From Vicugna vicugna (lineage: Eukaryota): a stretch of 64,000 bases of DNA. The stretch is from assembly GCA_013265495.1 (NCBI GenBank), contig MU061579.1, forward strand, positions 6,858,124 through 6,922,123. Direction: 5' to 3'. The position numbers and the translations under genes were made by a program. Numbering within the stretch: position 1 is the stretch's first letter; every line of letters begins with the position of its first letter. Positions 63,861 to 64,000 of the stretch are shown here, one piece after another. The notes under the pieces are model-generated. The model was not told the DNA's origin, made no database searches, and saw only the letters and a program-made list of their open reading frames with translations.

Positions 63861-64000
63861 GAACAGGTATTCGGCACATCCACAGTAAATCTTTCAAAGA
63901 CCTGTAGAAACACTAGCAAAGGTATCATGCTCTTCCATAACCTGCTATTTTCACTCAATACATAAAGTTAAAGATCTATATTATTTTTAACTGCTGGCTA

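Noticed and set aside
1..64000. Inferring a host gene and its strand from L1 orientation bias
   Set aside because: L1s occur on both strands without a clear bias and no exon was identified, so no gene or locus name can be supported.

Overview
Repeat-dense, AT-rich, CpG-poor mammalian non-coding DNA (intergenic or deep intronic). It is most likely camelid, judged from a Vic-1-type tRNA-derived SINE and camelid-type young L1 3' ends; I saw no Bov-A/BovB, PRE-1 or Alu. I found no credible host protein-coding exon, functional RNA gene or CRISPR array. The ORFs I can assign are decayed L1 ORF1/ORF2, ERVL integrase/dUTPase or microsatellite read-through, and the rest are unassigned. The window is a layered transposon fossil record: MIR, L2, L3, several L1 generations, MaLR/ERVL LTRs, an ERVL internal fragment, and Tigger and hAT MITEs. 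The most interesting structures are: (1) a ~210-bp local duplication whose second part is inverted (4228-4435 vs 6210-6421); (2) a TSD-flanked ~2.95-kb L1 that keeps both ends but lacks two large internal blocks, consistent with a spliced retrocopy; (3) a twin-primed 5'-inverted L1 carrying two nested L1s; (4) a templated hairpin at an L1 5' junction; (5) a possible piggyBac-like fossil. I see no evidence for a new biological system. Family names come from recalled consensus sequences, not a database search, and boundaries without a TSD or TIR are approximate.
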